From contig JBPCLW010000047.1 in the NCBI GenBank assembly GCA_051002895.1, positions 2,273 to 66,272 of the forward strand: a stretch of DNA of 64,000 bases, read 5' to 3'. Below are positions 59,682 to 64,000 of the stretch, piece by piece. A program made the position numbers and the translations under genes. Source of the stretch: Candidatus Dormibacteria bacterium. Lineage in GTDB: Bacteria > Chloroflexota > Dormibacteria > Aeolococcales > Aeolococcaceae. The notes under the pieces are model-generated. The model did not search any database, was not told the DNA's origin, and worked only from the letters and a program-made list of their open reading frames with translations. Within the stretch, counting starts at the first letter, position 1. Every line of letters starts with the position of its first letter.

Positions 59682-60151
59682 GTGCTGTTTCCCTCGTGTG
59701 TGGTGATGGTTGGGGGGCTGCCAGCGCAGGTCGGGCAGAGGCCCTGAAATCGTAGGTCGTATCCACTGATCTCGTATCCGGTGCTCATGCTGAGGTCCCG
59801 AAGAATCGTCCGTGGCAGATGGGGTGTGACATCGAGCATCCGATTGCATCCAGTGCAGACGAGGTGGTGATGTTCAGCGATGTTCGCGTCGTACCTGGCA
59901 GCAACTTCGCCCTCGAAGACGAGCTCACGGGCACGGCCCGTCTCGACGAGAAGGCCCAGCGTGCGGTATACCGTGGCCGCGCCGACTCCCGGCATTCGGG
60001 CACGAACGCGCTCGTAGATCTCGGCTGCGTTGGGGTGATCGTCCACTGCACAGAGGGCGTCGAGCACGGCGCGTCGCTGCGGGGTCTCGCGAGCGCCGAG
60101 GTCGCTGCTGATGCTCACCCGGCGGTCCCGTCGGGACGGGCTTCCCACCAT
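59678..60151 (-). CDS. Fur family transcriptional regulator (PerR/FurA-like)
   Basis: Winged-helix N-terminus, HHHLVCTGC and C-terminal CPTC (Cys4 structural Zn site plus His-rich regulatory site). Alternative GTG start at 60118 would overlap the upstream stop as GTGA. Confidence 0.7.
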   Translation of the reverse strand: MVGSPSRRDRRVSISSDLGARETPQRRAVLDALCAVDDHPNAAEIYERVRARMPGVGAATVYRTLGLLVETGRARELVFEGEVAARYDANIAEHHHLVCTGCNRMLDVTPHLPRTILRDLSMSTGYEISGYDLRFQGLCPTCAGSPPTITTHEGNST

Positions 60152-60405
60152 TGGCACCACCAGTTCTCCCCGACGAGGACGCGGAGTTTGGGATGCCAGC
60201 AATAGGCCAGATCCTGGCGCTCGTCGATGTAGAAGAGGCAATTGCCGCAGCGTTCGTCCCCCGATGGGTGGCCGCGCAGCACAGCGTCAGTGGTCAGGTG
60301 CTGAAGCTCGCGGTTGCGCTGTTCGTCGATCTCCTTGGGCTCGGGCAGCACCCCGTCGGTCATGGGTTTCCTCAGCAAGTCGTTGGGATTGAGAATCATT
60401 CTCAC
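60115..60405 (-). CDS. small cytoplasmic HiPIP-like (high-potential iron-sulfur protein-like) Cys/Trp-rich protein
   Basis: 96 aa, GC3 ~80%, no signal peptide. Cys spacing C-x2-C-x12-C-x14-C with flanking aromatics: RCGNCLFY vs HiPIP HCANCQFM, and KLRVLVGENWWCQWW vs HiPIP KLINVNGWCASW. Confidence 0.45.
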   Translation of the reverse strand: MRMILNPNDLLRKPMTDGVLPEPKEIDEQRNRELQHLTTDAVLRGHPSGDERCGNCLFYIDERQDLAYCWHPKLRVLVGENWWCQWWEARPDGTAG

Positions 60406-60568
60406 ACATTCGTCCGCTGCACCCGGCGATCAGGAGCAGGATGCCCATATGTTGTGCCTAGGTCCCGGAGAGGCACAAGATGGCGGCGGTGCGGCTCGAT
60501 GCCTTTGCTACGATTCTTCGATGACAGGCCATGTACGGTCCGACGGGGCCGACCGCTGAGGAGCCGGA

Positions 60569-61729
60569 ATGGAGATTGAGCTGGGTCGATCGAAGCGCGC
60601 CCGTCGTGCCTTTGGGTTCGACGAGGTTGCCCTGGTCCCGGGACGCGTCACCGTCAATCCCGGGGAGATCGACGTCAGCGTCCAGTTGAACGGCACCGAA
60701 CTGAAGATCCCCTTCCTCGCGGCGGCCATGGACGGTGTCGTCGACACCGCCTTCGCCCGGGAGATGGGCCGGCTCGGCGGCCTCGCCGTCCTCAACCTCG
60801 ACGGGGTCCAGACGCGCTACGAGGACCCCGCCGGAGTGCTCGAGGAGATCGCGGCAAGCCCCGTCGAGCAGATCAATGTGCTGCTCCAGAAGCTCTACAC
60901 CCAGCCGGTGCAGGATGGCCTTATCGGCCAGCGCATCGAGGAGATCCGCAGCACCGGGGTGCCGTGTGCGGTGTCAACGATTCCCGCAGCCGCTGAGCGG
61001 CGCGCCGGCATCATCCAGGAGGCGGGAGCCACCGCCCTTGTCGTCCAGGGCACGGTGCTAACCGCCCGCCACATCAGCAAGAGCTACAAGCATCTCTCCT
61101 TCAAGGAGCTCACTGCCCAACTCGACATCCCGGTGATTGCCGGCAACTGCGTCGACTATGCAACAGCTCTGGAACTCATGGATACGGGCATCAGGGGGCT
61201 TCTCGTCGGTGTCGGGCCCGGTGCCGCCTGCACCACGCGCGCCGTGCTCGGGGTGGGGGTGCCCCAGGTCACGGCGACGAGCGACTGCGCCGCGGCGCGG
61301 GAGGACCACCTCCGGCGCAGTGGCGAACGCGTGGCCATCATCACCGACGGCGGGATGCGTCTTGGTGGTGATGTCGCCAAGGCCTTCGCCAGCGGGGCCG
61401 ACGCCGTGATGGTCGGCTCCGTCTTCGCCGCTGCCCGCGAGGCGGCCGGCCACGGCAACCACTGGGGCATGGCGACGCCAGATCCCAATCTCCCACGGGG
61501 GACGCGGATCCGCACCGGCGTCAAGGGCTCTCTCGAAGAGATCCTCTACGGTCCCGCACACGTCGACGATGGATCGATGAATCTTGTCGGGGCACTGAAG
61601 AGCGCCATGGGTGTATGCGGGGCGAGGAACCTTGCCGAGTTCCAGGACACTGAGATGGTCATCGCCCCCTCGATCAAGTCGGAGGGAAAGGTGCAGCAGC
61701 GCGACCAGAAGGTGGGGATGGGGGCCTGA
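60569..61729 (+). CDS. IMP dehydrogenase family protein lacking CBS domains (GuaB3-like)
   Basis: TIM-barrel IMPDH/GMPR fold (FLAAAMDGV..., GVGPGAACTTR, GGMRLGGDVAKA); 386 aa; the ATG is preceded by GGAG. Confidence 0.75.
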   Translation: MEIELGRSKRARRAFGFDEVALVPGRVTVNPGEIDVSVQLNGTELKIPFLAAAMDGVVDTAFAREMGRLGGLAVLNLDGVQTRYEDPAGVLEEIAASPVEQINVLLQKLYTQPVQDGLIGQRIEEIRSTGVPCAVSTIPAAAERRAGIIQEAGATALVVQGTVLTARHISKSYKHLSFKELTAQLDIPVIAGNCVDYATALELMDTGIRGLLVGVGPGAACTTRAVLGVGVPQVTATSDCAAAREDHLRRSGERVAIITDGGMRLGGDVAKAFASGADAVMVGSVFAAAREAAGHGNHWGMATPDPNLPRGTRIRTGVKGSLEEILYGPAHVDDGSMNLVGALKSAMGVCGARNLAEFQDTEMVIAPSIKSEGKVQQRDQKVGMGA

Positions 61730-62026
61730 TCGGGTCGCTCGGGGCCGACCGGGTCCTCGGGACGGACGGGACCATGCCCCTTGCGAGGACCGCCGTCTCG
61801 CAGCTTGCTGCTCGCGGCTCGCTCTCGGCGCGCTTGCATGCGCGCCTCCGAGAGCCCCGCTGCGGGGCACGCACCCCGTCCGTCCCGGTCTCGGGACCCC
61901 TTGTGGACTGTCATATCCCGAAGCGTACGAACCCCCGTTGCGCCCTCCGTCGACGCGCGTTCGCAGCCGTTGGGGCCTCTGTTAGCATCCCGCCATGGAT
62001 GGCCCGGCGGACCCTGGAAAGCGGGG

Positions 62027-63613
62027 ATGAGCACCGCCCTCGACCAATCGGAGACGATGGTCACGCCACCCGCGATCGTCCACGACACCGTTCTCGTCCT
62101 CGACTTCGGCTCGCAGTACAGCCAACTCATCGCTCGGCGTATCCGTGAGGCGAAGGTCTACGCGGAGCTCGTGCCGCCCAGCATCAGTGTCGAGGAGATT
62201 CGCCGCCGGGCACCGCGCGGACTCATCTTTTCGGGCGGACCCATGTCCGTGTACGAGCCGGAGGCACCTCGTCCAGATCCGGCCATCTATGACCTGAACC
62301 TGCCGATCCTGGGAATCTGTTATGGGATGCAGCTCCTTGCTCACCAGCTTGGCGGCGAGGTGCTGGCGGCCCCGCGCAAGGAGTTTGGCGGCGCTCAGCT
62401 CGTCATTGACGATCCCAGCGGCATCTTTGTCGACTTTCCTGTGGAGACTCCGGTGTGGATGTCCCATGGGGACCACGTCGGGCGCCTCCCCGAGGGGTTC
62501 CGCTCCGTAGCCCACTCCCTCAACTCCCCCTGCGCCGCCTTCGTGGGTCCCCACGGCCGCTACGGCATTCAGTTTCATCCCGAGGTGGTGCACACACCGC
62601 AGGGTCGACGCCTGCTGCGCAACTTCCTTCACGACGTCTGCGGTTGCTCCCCCACCTGGGAGGCGTCGTCGTTCATCGAGATGGCGGTGCAGGACATCCG
62701 CAATCGGGTGGGCTCAGGCCGTGTCCTCTGCGCCCTCTCCGGGGGCGTCGACTCTGCGGTGGCGGCAACGCTGGTGCATCGCGCCATCGGTGAGCAACTC
62801 ACCTGCGTCTTCGTCGACAACGGCCTCTTGCGCCGAGATGAGGGGGAGCGCGTCGTTGACGTCATGACCCGCCAGGAACACATCAACCTCGTTCACGTCG
62901 ATGCCGTGGATCAGTTCCTCACTGCCCTCGAGGGAGCCAGCGACCCCGAGACAAAGCGCCGCACCATTGGGCGGACGTTCATCGAGGTCTTCGAGATGGA
63001 GGCGCGCAAGCTCGGTGATATCGACTTCCTCGCCCAGGGCACGCTCTACCCCGACGTCATCGAGTCGACGTCACACGACACCCACAACGCCCAGAAGATC
63101 AAGACTCACCACAACGTTGGCGGCCTGCCTGACGATCTCCGCTTTCAGCTCGTCGAGCCCCTGCGCTACCTCTTCAAGGACGAGGTACGGCAGGTGGGTC
63201 TGACGCTGGGGCTTCCCGAGGACATGGTGTGGCGTCAGCCGTTCCCGGGACCGGGATTGGCCATTCGCTGCATCGGCGAGGTCTCAGCTGAGCGACTCGA
63301 CACCCTCCGCGCCGCCGATTGGATCGTCATCGACGAGATCAAACGCTCCGGCCTCTACCGCAAGGTCTGGCAGAGCTTCGCGATTCTCACACCCATCTCC
63401 AGCGTTGGTGTCATGGGCGACGGTCGGACCTATGCCAATGTCGTCGCCATCCGCGTCGTCGAGTCCGATGACGGTATGACGGCGGACTGGGCCAAGGTCC
63501 CCTATGACGTACTGGAGATCATCAGCCGGCGGATCGTCAACGAGGTTCCCGGGGTCAACCGCGTTGTGTATGACATCTCCAGCAAGCCGCCGTCGACGAT
63601 CGAGTGGGAATAG
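62027..63613 (+). CDS. guaA: GMP synthase (glutamine-hydrolysing)
   Basis: GATase ([26 protein letters not shown]) and ATP-PPase (SGGVDSAV) motifs; C-terminal IEWE. The ORF-track extension from 61781 is rejected. Confidence 0.9.
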   Translation: MSTALDQSETMVTPPAIVHDTVLVLDFGSQYSQLIARRIREAKVYAELVPPSISVEEIRRRAPRGLIFSGGPMSVYEPEAPRPDPAIYDLNLPILGICYGMQLLAHQLGGEVLAAPRKEFGGAQLVIDDPSGIFVDFPVETPVWMSHGDHVGRLPEGFRSVAHSLNSPCAAFVGPHGRYGIQFHPEVVHTPQGRRLLRNFLHDVCGCSPTWEASSFIEMAVQDIRNRVGSGRVLCALSGGVDSAVAATLVHRAIGEQLTCVFVDNGLLRRDEGERVVDVMTRQEHINLVHVDAVDQFLTALEGASDPETKRRTIGRTFIEVFEMEARKLGDIDFLAQGTLYPDVIESTSHDTHNAQKIKTHHNVGGLPDDLRFQLVEPLRYLFKDEVRQVGLTLGLPEDMVWRQPFPGPGLAIRCIGEVSAERLDTLRAADWIVIDEIKRSGLYRKVWQSFAILTPISSVGVMGDGRTYANVVAIRVVESDDGMTADWAKVPYDVLEIISRRIVNEVPGVNRVVYDISSKPPSTIEWE

Positions 63614-63622
63614 CAGCAACGC

Positions 63623-64000
63623 ATGACGCAGCCACGGCACGACAGCCCCCCCGCGACAGGCTCTGGCTTGCGCCGAGCTTCGACCGATGAGCTCGACATC
63701 GCCATGGAACTGCTCAGCCTGCAGCGCCGTCGGCAGCGGCGCAACAGGCGCCGCCACTCGATCCTTCGCCACCTCCGAGTGCCTGCAGCGGCGGTAGTGT
63801 CCGCGGTCGCCGCTGCTTCGGCGATCTCCTGGTATCCGCATGCCTCCGACCATGGCGTTGCCAGTGCCTGTCATCACGGCGATCCCCTCGCAGGAGGGGA
63901 CTGGCCGCAGCGGCTGACCATGGTGGAGCCCTGCGGCTTCGTGACCGGCACGGTCGAATGCGTTCGTCCCTCCAATCGGGACGACGGGGACATCACATTC
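63623..64000 (+). CDS. partial ORF running off the window end (hypothetical, Arg-rich N-terminus then a hydrophobic segment)
   Basis: ATG at 63623, no stop before 64000; MTQPRHDSPP...VPAAAVVSAVAAASAISWY. Confidence 0.2.
   Translation, partial: MTQPRHDSPPATGSGLRRASTDELDIAMELLSLQRRRQRRNRRRHSILRHLRVPAAAVVSAVAAASAISWYPHASDHGVASACHHGDPLAGGDWPQRLTMVEPCGFVTGTVECVRPSNRDDGDITF

Noticed and set aside
1-64000. CRISPR arrays, transposases, integrases, phage genes, rRNA
   Set aside because: No spacer-repeat arrays, no DDE/tyrosine recombinase-like ORFs, no rRNA-like conserved blocks. The window appears to be core chromosome.

Overview
This 64-kb window is a gene-dense chromosomal segment of roughly 70% GC, typical of an Actinobacteria- or Thermoleophilia-like genome, and is mostly core metabolism. 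De novo purine biosynthesis dominates, all on the minus strand: a tightly coupled purB-purC-purS-purQ-purL-purF block (18.7-20.1 kb down to 13.1 kb), purM-purN-purH (9.8-6.6 kb) and purE-purD (35.0-36.8 kb). A guaB3-like/guaA pair sits at 60.6-63.6 kb. Other recognisable genes include two GNATs, a Nif3-like protein, a TPR+CAP lipoprotein, a DnaQ-like exonuclease, cvpA, a Cu/Zn-SOD lipoprotein, a GDPD, an ECF sigma factor with a large anti-sigma protein carrying a beta-propeller, a PlsC acyltransferase next to an acyl-CoA synthetase, and a DrrAB-like ABC-2 exporter. There is also an apparent two-subunit biotin carboxylase/carboxyltransferase (pyruvate-carboxylase-like), a CrtI-like FAD oxidoreductase, a six-gene operon of an Opp/Dpp-type ABC system (no binding-protein gene) translationally coupled to tldD/pmbA, thiolase, metH, a solitary infA, two NAD-epimerase modules, ltaE, a very basic repeat-rich histone-like protein, gdh, and a four-gene oxidative-stress operon (HiPIP-like small protein, PerR-like Fur, rubrerythrin, DUF3501-like). 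I found no rRNA, tRNA, CRISPR array or transposase/integrase. The most interesting signals are: (i) a cytoplasmic HiPIP-like Cys/Trp-rich protein whose stop lies a few bases from (or, with the GTG 60118 start, fused GTGA-style to) the PerR-like regulator start, upstream of rubrerythrin; (ii) the SBP-less ABC/TldD/TldE operon, whose second ATPase carries a ~160-aa polytopic N-terminal extension; (iii) a 23-bp perfect inverted repeat plus a third motif copy bracketing a degenerate methyltransferase-like gene; (iv) a candidate PqqD-like protein followed by an RBS-preceded 46-aa peptide ORF; (v) a 450-bp gene-free gap and a metH leader with possible structured RNA. Coordinates derived from reading the raw text may be off by 1-2 nt; ORF-track coordinates are used wherever possible.
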